DNA of 64,000 bases, taken from Octopus sinensis. Taxonomy: Eukaryota. A program made the translations under genes and the position numbers. Below, in pieces: positions 37,778 to 50,902 of the stretch (position 1 is the stretch's first letter; each line of letters begins with the position of its first letter). The stretch covers positions 48,546,001-48,610,000 of the forward strand of contig NC_043007.1 of assembly GCF_006345805.1 (NCBI RefSeq). Direction: 5' to 3'. The notes under the pieces are model-generated. The model was not told the DNA's origin. It did not search any database and saw nothing but the letters and a program-made list of their open reading frames with translations.

Positions 37778-38088
37778 ACCATGCTAGCATCGGTTAGACG
37801 ATTTGACTGAGGACTGGTGAATCTGATGGCTGCACCAGGCTCCAATCTGATCTGGAAGAGTTTCTACAGCTCAATGCCCTTCCTAACGCCAACCACTCTG
37901 ATGGTGTTCTTTACATGCCATCTGCACAAGAGCCAGTCCAGCGGCACTGGCAACAACCTCGCTCAAATGTTTTTTCACATGCCACCGGCACAAGTGCCAG
38001 TGAGGCGACGCTGGTAATGATCACACTCGGATGGTGTTCTTAGTGCTCCACAAACACGGATGCCAGTCATCGAATTTGATTTCAATAT
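37778..38088 (-). mobile_element. RTE 3' UTR fragment
   Basis: ccatgctagcat...atgcccttcctaacgccaaccactc...gatgccagtcatcgaatttgatttc. Confidence 0.85.
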
Positions 38089-38761
38089 ATATATATATAG
38101 TAACAAACTGAGGAAAAGAAATCCTTCAAATGGGTGTGTTAAACAGCCAATTCACTGATATGTCAGTGTATGTGTGTGTGTGTATGTGTGTATATATATA
38201 TATATATACAGGTATTTTTATGTGTATATATATATAGATATGTATGCATATATATATGTATGTATATTTATGTGTGTATATATATATGTATATACATGTG
38301 TATATATGTGTGTGTATATATATGTGTATATATTTGTGTGTGTGTATAAATATATATATACACACATATATATATATACATATATGTATATATTGGTGTA
38401 ATTCAATTAGAAAGATAAATTAAATATAGAGATATTCAACTGACAACTCAATAATTTATTTATATTACAATATTACATTAAATACTATGAATATAATACA
38501 TAATTATTTATGTTATATAATATGTTATATTCATAAGTATTTAATGTACTATTGTAATATAAATAAATTGAATTGTCAATTGAATATCTCTACATTTAAT
38601 TTTTCTTGATATATGTGTGTATATATATATATACCTACATATATCTATACATACGTAAATATATACATATACACATATATAGAGATATCTACATATATAT
38701 ATATAGGCATATTATGTATATATACGCTTATATATAGGTATGTACATACATATATACATAA

Positions 38762-38980
38762 GGGCAGCGAGCTGCAGAAACGTTAACATGCTTAGCAGTA
38801 TTTCATCTGCCGTTACGTTCTGAGTTCAAATTCCACTGAGGTCCACTTTGCCTTTCATCCTTTTGGGGTCGATTAAATATGTACCAGCTACATACTGGTG
38901 TCGATGTAATCGACTTAATCCCTTTGTCTGTCCTTGTTTGTCCCCTCTATGTTTAGCCCACTGTAGGCAATAAAGAAATA
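38762..38980 (+). mobile_element. SINE family C
   Basis: Homologous to 11051-11284. Confidence 0.8.
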
Positions 38981-39150
38981 TATATCTATATATGTCTATA
39001 TTTATATATCTATGTAGACATATAAATATATTTATATGCATAAATATTTATATTTATTTGTATTCATTTGTATTTGTATTTACTAGTATATATATATATA
39101 TCTTTATATATATGTACATACATATTTAAATGTGTGTCTATATGCATCAT

Positions 39151-39186
<36 letters not shown>

Positions 39187-39210
39187 GAGAGGCACAAGCA
39201 CCTACACATA

Positions 39211-39334
39211 CAAGGGTGTTTCAAAAGTCGCCATACATAACAATTTATTTTTTAGAAGAAACGGGTTTTTTTCATTTAACTATTTCTTATAAAAATAAAA
39301 TTTTCCTATGTATGGTGACTTTTGAATCACCCTG
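39211..39334. mobile_element. Tc1/mariner-type MITE
   Basis: ~28-bp imperfect TIR ca(a)gggtgtttcaaaagtcgccatacat / atgtatggtgacttttgaatcaccctg; TA on the left side. Confidence 0.65.
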
Positions 39335-39929
39335 TTTATATATGTATATACACACACACATATGTGTGTATATATATAAATATATATATAGGTATGTGTA
39401 TGTCTGCATATATATATATGTGTGTGTGTAAATTTGTCGTGTATAACATACACATATAAGTATGGTGAGGCAAACAGGAAAAATTGAACTCAAAATATGA
39501 GTATATGTATAATAGTATTGATATTTAGTTGGAGCAACAGAGTGACTCAAGGTCCAACAGTTTCGTACATTGACACTTATCAAGCTTATCACTACACGAA
39601 ACTCTCGGACCAAGAGTCACTCTGTCGTTTATGATCAATATTAATAAAATTATACATACACATATATATGTGTGTGTGTGTGAGTATATACATATGTGTA
39701 TGTGGGTATATATGTTCATATATATGTATGTGTGTGTCTACATGTATGTTTATATATGTGCATGCATGTACGTATATGTTTTTATATATATAGATATTTA
39801 AACATGCATTTGTGTATTCTCTCGCAATGCATGTGTGAGGGATTTGTTTTCAAACGTATTGTTACTTGTTTCAGTCATTTGACTGCAGCCATCCCGGAGC
39901 ACCGCCAATGTTACACACACACACACACA

Positions 39930-40009
<80 letters not shown>

Positions 40010-40103
40010 ATGTATGTATATATATATATGTATGTATGTATGTATATATACACACGCACAAAATATGGGTGTTTAGTTCAGGTAATCTAAACGATAGATA
40101 CAT

Positions 40104-40250
40104 TGGGTTTTACCTTTCATCCTTCCGGGGTCGATAAATTAAGTACCAGTGACACACTGGGTTCGATGTAATCGACTTAATCCGTTTGTCTGTACTTGTT
40201 TGTCCCCTCTATGTTTAGCCCCTTGTGGGTAATAATGAAATAAAGAAATA
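40104..40250 (+). mobile_element. 5'-truncated SINE family C
   Basis: cctttcatccttccggggtcgataaattaagtaccag...taaagaaata. Confidence 0.8.
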
Positions 40251-41445
40251 AGTGCTGTAAAGGATTACCAGGGCTCCAAGCTCATATCAAAAATATACAC
40301 ACACACGCACGCAAATATATATACATACACACATATACATGTTTATATATGTGTTTACAAACATTGAAAAGAATGTACTCAATACTGATCGTTACTCTGA
40401 GTTTTTATTGCTGTTAGATGAATTGGCAGCGTGAAACTCCGAGTAACCGTTCATGAAGCTTCAGTATTTAATACACACACACACATACACACAAATATAT
40501 ATGTGTGTGTGTATATGTATGTATGTATATAAAGAGAGAGTGAGAGAGTTTTTATAGTTGCTAGTTTCGGTGATGCGACCATGCTGGGGCAGCGCCTTCA
40601 TATTAAATAAACACATAAATCATAGTTAACACAAATAAACCTTACATAATACACGCTGATATTATGAATAGCATTTGTTTTGTTTTACGAATGAGGCATA
40701 AAGAAAAGTGTACATTGACACAAGTAAACACATATGCGCGTATGTACGTACATGTGTTTATAAATATATATATATATACATTATATATATATTACATACA
40801 TACATAGTGATATGCATATGTCTGTGTGTGTGTGTGTGTGTTTTATGTTTTATAATAATAATGTAAATTGGTTTTACCTGGCTGATGGAGAAATCATTGT
40901 GTAGCACTCACTCATGTGCTGTGAAGCTGTATCAATCTAGATATATTTGTGTGATCTCTGCGTAAGATCATTCATATATATATATAATATATATATATAA
41001 TATATATATATATATATAAATGTAGGTATGTATGTATGTATGTATATGTATATGACAGTATGTATGTCGTTCCTAGGAGAAGGCCAGGGTTATCGTGTGA
41101 GTGTCACTCACACTGACATGACCGGACTGAACTCTCCAGTAGCAGAAGGATAGAGAAGATGCTGATGTTATGTTGAGTGTCACTCGCACAAGTGTTAGAG
41201 AACTCTTCAGCCACGGAGATAAAGGGAGGGGATGCTATGACGTGGGAGGGGTATTCATCACTTATAGAATCTTACCGTTCTATGTACGCGATTAACATAA
41301 ATCGCTGGTTCGGGTGTGATCTGCTGTTTGAAGTAATTTGGCATAGTAATAGTGGGGACAATAACAACACACACACACACAAATATTCATCTTTCTTTTT
41401 ATCTCTGTACATATATATTTGTATGTGTGAAATATATATTTGTAC

Positions 41446-41489
<44 letters not shown>

Positions 41490-41754
41490 TTTATTTTAAG
41501 CAGCAGAAAATTCAACAAAATCTGTTACTCTGAGTATATATATATACAAGCACACGTATACATACGTGCATGCATATCTATCGATAGATAGATTGACAGA
41601 CCACTTGGCGTGTTTTGTTGTTTAGTATATTATTCCTCCGACAGTAACCTTTACCATTCTGTTATTGCTTTTGGAAACGGAACGAACATCACATCTGATA
41701 CTGTCCTTTGACGAAAAAAAATTTTGATGTTGGATTTACAATGACGAGGTTATT

Positions 41755-42510
41755 GTTTGACCCAGGTTAACCCTAGTCGAGCAGATCTATGCTCAAAGGC
41801 GTCCCAACTATGACCATCCTGCCTTATTTATTTTTTCAGCCATCATGTCTCTAGTTTCCTGTTATCCAATGTGTAACTCTTTTTATATTTATGACAGTAA
41901 GATGTGATCAAAAGGTTATTTGGCTATTGTTTCTAGTTATTTGTTCGAGGACGTATAGGTCACATTTTATTATAGGAACCAGTTGTAGTACATGACTGGT
42001 ACTTAAAGTTATCGACCCTGGACTCAGGACGTAATAACCTTGTTTAGTTACAGGTCAGTCTTGATCAGACAAGACTGATCTGTGGCAATCGATCTATGAT
42101 CACCACTATAATTTTTTCAGGCACTGCATCTCTTGGGCTAATTATTCAATATGTCCGTTTTAAAAGACGATGGTGTTTGAATTCATAGAGATTTCGCTAC
42201 TATTTCTTGCAAGTGGAGCAACAATAGAGAGGCTCCTCCGTTGGTTTGTTGAAGTTGTTATTGAATTCATAATCTAATGAAGGATCAAATAACCAATAAT
42301 GAAGGACATCCCAACCCTGGTCATCTAGTTTGTTTTTTTCTGTTTTATTTTAAGAGTATATGAAGTGTGTGTGTGTGTTTCTCCTTCCTACTTTAAATCA
42401 TTACTATGTAATTTGAAGTAGATTGGTTATTATTTCTAGCAAGTTGAGTGCCCATATAGTTCTTTAACCCTAAATGCATCCTAATCCAATGGACAATATG
42501 GTCAAAAGCA
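41755..42510 (+). repeat. Three partial copies of an unclassified interspersed repeat
   Basis: The segment ending tatttctagca recurs at ~41930, ~42205 and ~42435; similar segments at ~12870 (-) and ~29730. Confidence 0.4.
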
Positions 42511-43027
42511 TTCCATCTTTTATTTCAACTTTTATTTCAACCATCTTTTATTTCAATTGTAAATTTAGAACAATTATTATCTAATAATCTTCTCTTTTTA
42601 AGATGTTTTTTAAGATATTTGGCTTCTGTTTCTAGCAAGCCCAAATAACCACATACAAGTTCCCTTGGTTTGTGTGGGAGAAATATCTCTAATTATAGAC
42701 GTCATAAATGTTGGTTGGTTGATTTTTCCAGTTATGCTTAACATCATAGGGTAAAAGAGAAATACAGAGAGAGTAAACAGCAGAGGTGCAGGATAAGTGC
42801 ACATACTAGGTTTGGTGGTGGGCTATGAATAAAGGAACTCTTTACAAACACATGCAGTGTGAGAGAAAGAATCATGGAAAGCAAAGTGGCAAGATCCCGT
42901 CTCTCCCACCTATCTTACAATGTTATTTTAAAAATATACAATAACATCATTGAAATCACAATGCTACAAGATGACAAATGATTAGTTTAAAACAATGTGA
43001 ATAAATAAGCATTACATTTGACAGAGT

Positions 43028-43343
43028 GGCACATGGCTTAGTGGTTAGGATATTTGACTCACAATCATTAGGTCATGGATTCAATCCCTGACAATGTATT
43101 GTACCCTTGAGCAAGACACTTTATTTCATGTTCCAGTCCACTCAGCTGGCAAAAATGAGCAGTACCTGTATTTCAAAGGGCTAGCCTTGTCACACTGTGT
43201 CATGCTGAACCTCCCTGAGAATTATGTGAAAGGTACACGTGTCGATGGAGTGCTCAGCCACATGCATCTTAATTTCACAAGCAAGCTGTTCTGTTGATCA
43301 GATCAACTAGAACCTTTGTCATCATAACCAACAGAGTGCCAGC
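43028..43343 (+). mobile_element. tRNA-derived SINE family D inserted in a piggyBac-like MITE
   Basis: tggcttagtggttagg head; 14-bp TSD acatttgac(a/t)gagt at 43014-43027 and 43344-43357; the MITE resumes to aagggTTAA (43379). Confidence 0.8.
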
Positions 43344-43504
43344 ACATTTGACTGAGTAATCTGAATGCTAAAGGGTTAATTTCATTTTAAAATAAATATT
43401 TTTCTTTTGAAAATTAGTATTCTTTTCATCATTTTGTACAAGTACCAAGAAATTTGATAAAAGTTAAAATTATGATTATTGTATGTCTGCCATATTTCCT
43501 GATA

Positions 43505-43728
43505 TCAACACTTTAGCATTTACACTGCTCATATCAGGCCCAAATTCTACCTGTTTTATGTTCAAACTGACTAGATCCAGCCTCTCACACCCACCCTGCA
43601 ATGTTATTCTAAAACTAAACTATCACATCAGCGAAATCTCGAAGCTATGAGATAATGAATGATTAATTCAAAACAATGAGAATTATTAAGCAATATATAT
43701 TTGACAGAGTAATCTGAATGCTTAAGGG
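43505..43728. mobile_element. piggyBac-like MITE
   Basis: Homologous to 5148-5366; right end aagggTTAA, left end decayed. Confidence 0.7.
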
Positions 43729-44735
43729 TTAACCGTGGTGTACTCAACTCTCGCTATTTCAGAGAGAAGTCATTCTGCTCAAGTTAAAAAGAGAGCAAAA
43801 GACGAAAAGAAAAAAGAAATAATGAGGCTGTGTGACAACAATTGTGGCATGATGGTGAATGAATTCTTATAATCAGCTGAATGATGTTTGGTGTCAAATA
43901 TAAGATAACTATGTGTGTAACAGCAACGCTACTCACTATCTTAGATATGGGAACAATATTCTAATGTGACCCCTAATTGAGTTTGATTGAAGGTTAGCTG
44001 CAGTAGCTGATGAGAGGTAAAGTACTTTGTTGAACAGAAGAAAAAACATTGCCTTTTGGAAACAGAATTAACACTATAATTTGAAATAGGGTAACAAAAT
44101 AATAGTATTGCTAAAAATGCTTTGTGGTATTTGTTCCTATTCTTTATGTTCCGATTTCAAATCCCAAACAAGTCAACATTGTTTTTCATCTTCTAAGTGT
44201 CAATAAGATAGATTAACACTAACTTCATCCCCTTGAAATTGCTGGCTTTATGCCTAAACTAGACACAGTTATGTGAGCTGGAGTTAACATGCTTAACGTA
44301 CTAGATCGGGAAATGTTAATTAAGTAAAGTTACAGTAGTAATGTGGAGGAAAACTCATTAACTGAAAGGTAAATTGTGATCAAGAATGGAGATACTGTTG
44401 AAATTTTAAAATAATTAATTATAAATGCAGTGCCAAATTATGTGTGAGTCTGCTATTTTGCAGCTTGGATTTTGTTTTTAGTTTTATTAGAACTCTTTAG
44501 AGAATTGTGGTCTAAAAATGAAGTCACCAAAAATTATACAGACAGAATGTTGTAATATAAGTAGCTTGTATAGAGGCTGTCCCAGATAAATTTGATGACA
44601 TTTCATGTCTCCTTTTTCAGAAACAGCTTCATGTATTGGTGGGCAGTCAACAGTATTGGAGAACATAACAGTATAGGAGAACATGTCTACCAATCTATTA
44701 TAAATTATATATATGTATGTATATATATATATATA

Positions 44736-47272
44736 TCATCATCATCATTGTTTAACGTCCACTTTCCATGCTAGCATGGGTTGGACGATTTTGACTGAGG
44801 GCTGCCGAACCAGATGGCTGCACCAGGCTCCAATCTTGATCTGGCAGAGTTTCTACAGCTGGATGCCCTTCCTAATGCCAACCACTCCGAGAGTGTAGTG
44901 GGTGCTTTTTACGTGCTACCGGCATGGGCGCCAGTCAGCCAGTACTGGTAACAACCTCGCTCGAATCTTTTTTACACGTGCTACCAGCACAGATGCCAGT
45001 GAAGTGACGTTGGTAACGATCACACTCGAATGGTGCCCTTTTACGTGCCACAGGTACGGAAGCCAGTTGGCTATTCTGGCAATTATCACGCTCGGATTAG
45101 CACCCTACTAGCACATGCACAAGTGCCAGTAAGGCGACGCTGGTAACGATCATACTCGAATGGTGCCCTCTTATGTGCCACTGGCACAGAAGCCGGTTAG
45201 CTGCTCTGTCAACGATCACACTTGTATGCTGCTCTTTGCACCCCACTAACACGGATGCCAGTCATCGAATTGATTTTGGTTTTGATTGATTTTGATTTCA
45301 CTTGCCTCAACAGGTCTTTGCAAGCAGGGTTTAGTGACCAAAGAAGGAAAAGGTACGCATAAGCGGGATGGTTACGCTCCTGGCATAGGCCACAGGTTAT
45401 GGTCTCATTTGGCTTGCCGGGTCTTCTCAAGCACAGCATATTTCCAAAAGTCTCAGTCGCTAGTCATTTCCTTGGTGAGGCCTAATGTTCGAAGGTCGTG
45501 CTTCACCACTTCATCCCAGGTCTTCCTGGGTCTACCTCTTCCACAGGTTCCCTCAATGGCTAGGGTGTGGCACTTTTACACACAGCTATCCTCATCCATT
45601 CCATCCATAAGACCATACCAGCACAGTCGTCTCTCTTGCACACCACATCTAATGCTTCTTAGGTCCAACTTTTCTCTCAAGGTACTTACACTCTGTCGAG
45701 TATGCACACTGACATTACACATCCATTGAATCATACTGGCTTCGTTCCTTGCGAGCTTACGCATGTCCTCAGCAGTCACAGCCCATGTTTCACTGCCGTG
45801 TAGCATAGCTGTTCATACACATGCATCATACAGTCTACCTTTTACTCTGAGTGAGAGACCCTTTGTCACTAGCAAAGGTAATAGCTCTCTGAACTTTGCC
45901 CAAGCTATTTTTATTCTAGCAGCTACACTTTCAGTGCACCCTCCTCCACTACTGACTTGGTCACCTAGGTAATGAAAGCTATCAACTACTTCTAGTTTTT
46001 CTCCCTGGAATGTGGCGGAAGTTGGTCTCTGAGCATTTTCAGTGTTTATCGCTCCCGAGCATCTGCCACATACAAAAACTATCTTCCCAGTTAGCCTTCC
46101 TTTGATATTACTGCACCTTTTATGTGTCCATAGCTTACACTGGGTACATCTTACAGAGTTTCTACCTACGCCTCTACAACAGATCGAACAGGGCCATCTA
46201 CCTGAAGAGATTTGTGGTTTGCCTGCCTTCCTACTTATTAGGACTTTGGTTTTAGCTAGGTTGATTCTAGGGCCCTTCGATTTTAATCCTTGTTTCCATA
46301 CTTGAAACTTCTCCTCTAGTTTTGATAGTGACTCAGCAATTAGAGCAAGGTCGTCAGCATAGAGGAGCTCCCAGGGGCATCCTGTCTTGAATTCCTCCGT
46401 TATTGCCTGGAGGACTATGATAAATAGGAGGGGGCTGAGGACTGAACCCTGGTGGACCCCAACCTCTACCTTGAATTCTTCGTTGCCAGTGTACTCGTTG
46501 CCAACCCTTACCTTACTTACAGCGTCCCTATACATGGCTGGCACAGCTCTCACTAACCATTCTTCATCTATCCCTAGTTTCCTGACTGACCACCAGATAA
46601 GGGATCAGGGGACCCTGTCAAAGGCTTTCTCCAGGTCAACGAAAGCCAGGTACAGGGGCTTATCTTTGGCTAGGTATTTCTCCTGCAGCTGTCTTACCAG
46701 AAATATGGCATCAGTGGTGCTTTTCCCTGGCACAAAACCAAACAGCATCTCATCCAAGCTGACTCTCTCCCTGATCAGTTGGGCTATGACCCTCTCCGTA
46801 ACCTTCATTACCTGATCCAACAGCTTGATACTGCTGTAATTATTTCTATCTAGGGCGTCACCTTTACCTTTGTAGCAGTTGACTATTATGCTGCCACACC
46901 AGTCATTGGGTATGACTCCTTCATGTATCACCTGGTAAACTATATGGGTGACTAGGCTATAGCCGACACTGCCAGATATCTTGAGCATCTCTGCGGTAAT
47001 TCCTGATGGGCCTGGGGCTTTCCCTGTTTTCATGCTTCTTAACTACCTAGGAACTGTCAACTCGGATAGCTGGTCCCTCTGTTGGGTCGACATTCGGCAG
47101 ACTCTCTTTATCCTGTTCATTTTCTTTATTCAGCAACCTTTCATAGTGGTGTCTCCAAACCTCTCTCTTTGCATCCTCATTTAGCGCAAGAGAACCATCA
47201 TCCATGTGAACACATTTCTCTCCTACCACATCATGATTCTCTCTCACACACTGTCTTGCAACACGAAACACC
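44736..47272 (-). mobile_element. 5'-truncated RTE LINE (longest copy, 2.5 kb)
   Basis: KAPGPSGITAEMLK, QGSVLSPLLF, LLYADDL, YLGDQV, LHGSETW RT motifs with stops and frameshifts; full 3' UTR and (GAT)n tail. Confidence 0.95.
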
Positions 47273-47296
47273 TCAAGTCTGTGTGTGTGTGTGTGT

Positions 47297-47676
47297 GGAA
47301 GTGCAATGGCCCAGTAGTTAGGGCAGCAAACTCGCGGTCATAGGATTGCAGTTTCAATTCCCAGACCGGGTGTTGTGAGTGTTTATTGAGTGAAAACTCC
47401 TAAGGTTCCACGAGGCTCTGGCAGGGGTTGGTGGCAAACTCTGCTGTATTCTTTCACCACAACTTTCTCTCAGTCTTTCTTCCTGTTTCTGTTGTACCTG
47501 TATTTCAAAGGACCAGCCTTGTCACACTCTGTGTCATGCTGAATCTCCCCGAGCACTACATTAAGGTTACACGTGTATGTTGAGTGCTCAACCACTTGTA
47601 CATTAATTTCAGAAGCAGGCTGTTCTGTTGATCAGATCAACTGGAACTCTTGTCGTTGTAACTGACAGAGTGCCAA
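47297..47676 (+). mobile_element. tRNA-derived SINE family D
   Basis: tggcccagtagttagg A-box, gtttcaattcc B-box; homologous to 53901-54283. Confidence 0.85.
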
Positions 47677-49539
47677 GATATATAATATATAATATGTAAA
47701 TGGATAGGTACACACATATATATACATATACATACAACACACACACGCATGATGAGTTTATCAACAGTTATTGTCAAAGTGGTAGTTTCTTAAACTCAAA
47801 GGTATGTATCACAATGTGCATCAGTATGATTATGAGTGTGCATGTATGTGTGTGAGTAGATGCTTGTATGTGTGTGTATGTATATGCATATGTGATTGCA
47901 TGTGTGTGTCCAGTTGAGCATTTGCATAAGAAATGTACTCGGAGACCTTCAACACTATCTTTTCCTTTATGCATTTTTCTGGATGGTTTGGGACATGTTT
48001 GCAAATTTTGGTAAAGATTCATTGAGAAACTGCAGAATTGTTTCAGGACAAACAGACATCAACACTTAAAGAGTATCACTTGTAGATTATCACATCATGA
48101 AAACTCACTGAATGTGGAAGACTATTTTCATTGATATGTTTTTTCTAAACAACTCATCATATGTGTCCACACACACACACATATATATACATATAGACAT
48201 ACATGTACACACATGTGTACATACATACACACACACAAACACACACACATACACACACTCACACACACACCCACTCACTCACTCGACCATACCACTGCTA
48301 ATATACAATTATGATTTCGATAGTTTGGTATTTTTTTTAATAGTAACAGGTCACCTGGTAAATACCTTGGCAAACACCCTCTCTGATTAATGCTGACATT
48401 ATAGTGTTACATTATAACTAGTAATCTTAGAGGCTCGTTGGTGAATAAATGAGGCTACAGTTTATGTTGCTAAAACATTTTTAAATGCAGTCTAACAAAT
48501 TAAATATGAACATGAAAATCAAAGATAACATCAAAAGATTGCAGAGGCACAATAGTATAATTAAGGAGAAAAATATGATTCTTGAAAAATACCAAAATAC
48601 TTGATTCTTAAAAGAAATGCAAGGAATATCCCATGGTATTTGAAGAATTTAAATTGGAATTCATAGCTAAAGCAGCATCGAAATAAAAATAAGAATCCAG
48701 CAGAAAGTAGACTTGAATAGGTATATTCCAAGCAGAGCAAAAGTGCATTTTCTAAGTAAAACAAAAGTGATTCTACCAATTAGGTAGGACTGGAATAATA
48801 ATAAAAATCCTGCTAATGTTTAAGAATGCAACAACTATTACAACAATAGTAAAACCTAATAAGAATAAAATGGTAAATGTTGCATAAAGTTTGATAATAA
48901 GTAATTGTAACCAAATCCAACCATGTCTTGGAATAACAGAAGACTAGGTAGAGACAATCTGGAGTTAAGAAAAAAAATTTAGCCTTTTTAATCAGGAGAG
49001 ATGAATAGGGCCTATGATCCATTATAGGGCCTCCAAGACTGGTGGGAGGGACAGAAGGAGAGAGGAAAATATTCTTAAACTGGAGACCTGATTCTAATGG
49101 GCATTGTAAAGAGAACTTTACTATAGGTACCCAAGGACCAGGCGGTCATGTTAAACCAAGTGAGGCATTAAGTCTACTGCCTAAGCAAGTCATAGTAAGG
49201 TTTGAGCTCTGAACACAAAGAGCTAGAACAAATAATATGACATTTTGGTTCAATAATGTAATATTTCTGCCCCTCCACTACCCTAATATGGTATTTCATT
49301 TACTAACCTCAGAAGACCGAAAGATGAAAATGCTTAAGACATATTACAATGGTCATAATGGCTCTCCCTACAACTCCATCAATTTCATGACCAACATCAT
49401 AGATGGTTTATTGAATCCAGCAGTTTTACTTTCTAGATATTCACATTGGTCACATTTTGTGCATCTCTTGACTTCAGTGTTAATGTTCTAGTATTTATCT
49501 AGCCATTTCTTCTGTAAGCAATTCTTCATCTTCAAATGT

Positions 49540-50263
49540 AATCTAATGGATGGACAGAAACAATATACTGCTAAATGAGGGAAAATTTGAACTGATGCAC
49601 TTTGGAAAAGAGAGTGTGCTCAAATGTTCATTCTCTCTTCCTTCAGGAAAACCACTTATGGTATCCATTAATATCAGAGACTTAGGAGTAATTGTTGACA
49701 ACAACCTCAGCTGGAGTGCTCACATCAATTATATATTTGATATGGCTTGCAGGATGAGTTTCTGGATTCTCAGAACTCTCCAGTCCAGAGAACCAGATGT
49801 CCTCGTACTTCTTTTTTCTACCTTTGTGTGGTCATACCAAGAATGCTGTAGCTCTCTATGGTTTCTCCATACCAAAGAAAACATTATAAGAATTGAAACA
49901 ATTAGCAAAAAAACAGCTTGATGATCTTGACTACTGAGACCACTTTAAAGCATTGAAACTCTGTTTTCTGTAATGTTGCCATGAATGTTACATCATTTGT
50001 ACAATGAGGAAGGTATGCCACCAGCATTGTTCAACAATCTAAACATCACATTTACATTTCATCTGAGACTGGGACCCTGTGTCATATGCCCCGTACACAA
50101 TTCAAGCTAACAACACATTATCACATTGCAGCACAATTACTTTTCCTCAACAGGAAAAGCCTGATACTTATTCTATCAGTCTCTTTTGCTGAACCAATAA
50201 CTTATGAAGACATAAACACACCAGCACCAGTTGTCAAGCAGTGGGTGGGGGACAAACACACAC

Positions 50264-50294
<31 letters not shown>

Positions 50295-50610
50295 TGACAG
50301 GCTTCTTTCAGTTTCCATCAATCAAATCCACTCACAAGGCTTTGGTCTGCTTGAAGCTAAAATCAAAGACACCTGCTCAAGGTGCCATGCAGTGAGTGTG
50401 AACCCCAAGTTATGTAATTGGGAAGCAAGCTTCTTATCACATAGCCACATTTGCACCTATCAGGACAAATTTCTTCAAAAGATGTCTGACAAACTACTTG
50501 TACTTGAAACATTTAAGTCGACAACACCATCCTGCTTGAAAGAAATATGCTATTACAAGACATGACCTAAAGATGACATAATAGATTCCTTCAGGTAGAG
50601 CTCTTAAATT
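49540..50610 (+). mobile_element. Old CR1/L2-group LINE RT fragment, interrupted by a SINE
   Basis: NNILLNEGKFELMHFGK...RDLGVIVDNNLSWSAHI...LDY*DH.KALKL; many stops. Confidence 0.8.
50143..50457 (-). mobile_element. CORE-type SINE (family A)
   Basis: Reverse-complement tail, (CA)n and head inside the LINE fragment. Confidence 0.8.
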
Positions 50611-50728
50611 AGACATAGCCTGGGCCAATTCTGGTTGAAACATATCTATGTTTATCATAGTTTAAATATCTCAACTCACATTTTTATACATAAATATAAT
50701 TTAAAAATAGATAACCCTACAATAGCAG

Positions 50729-50902
50729 TTTCAACTTTTGGCACAAGGCCAGCAGTGTTCGGCTGGTCCTTATTTTATCAACCCCAAAAGGTTGAAAGCA
50801 AAGTCTACCTCGTCAGAATTTGAACTCAGAACATGGAGATAAATGAAATGCCGTTAAACATTTCACCCTGCATGCTAACGATTCCACCAGTGCGCCACCT
50901 TG
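50729..50902 (-). mobile_element. SINE family C variant
   Basis: tttggcacaaggccagca...gaatttgaactcagaac...catgctaacgattccacc. Confidence 0.65.
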
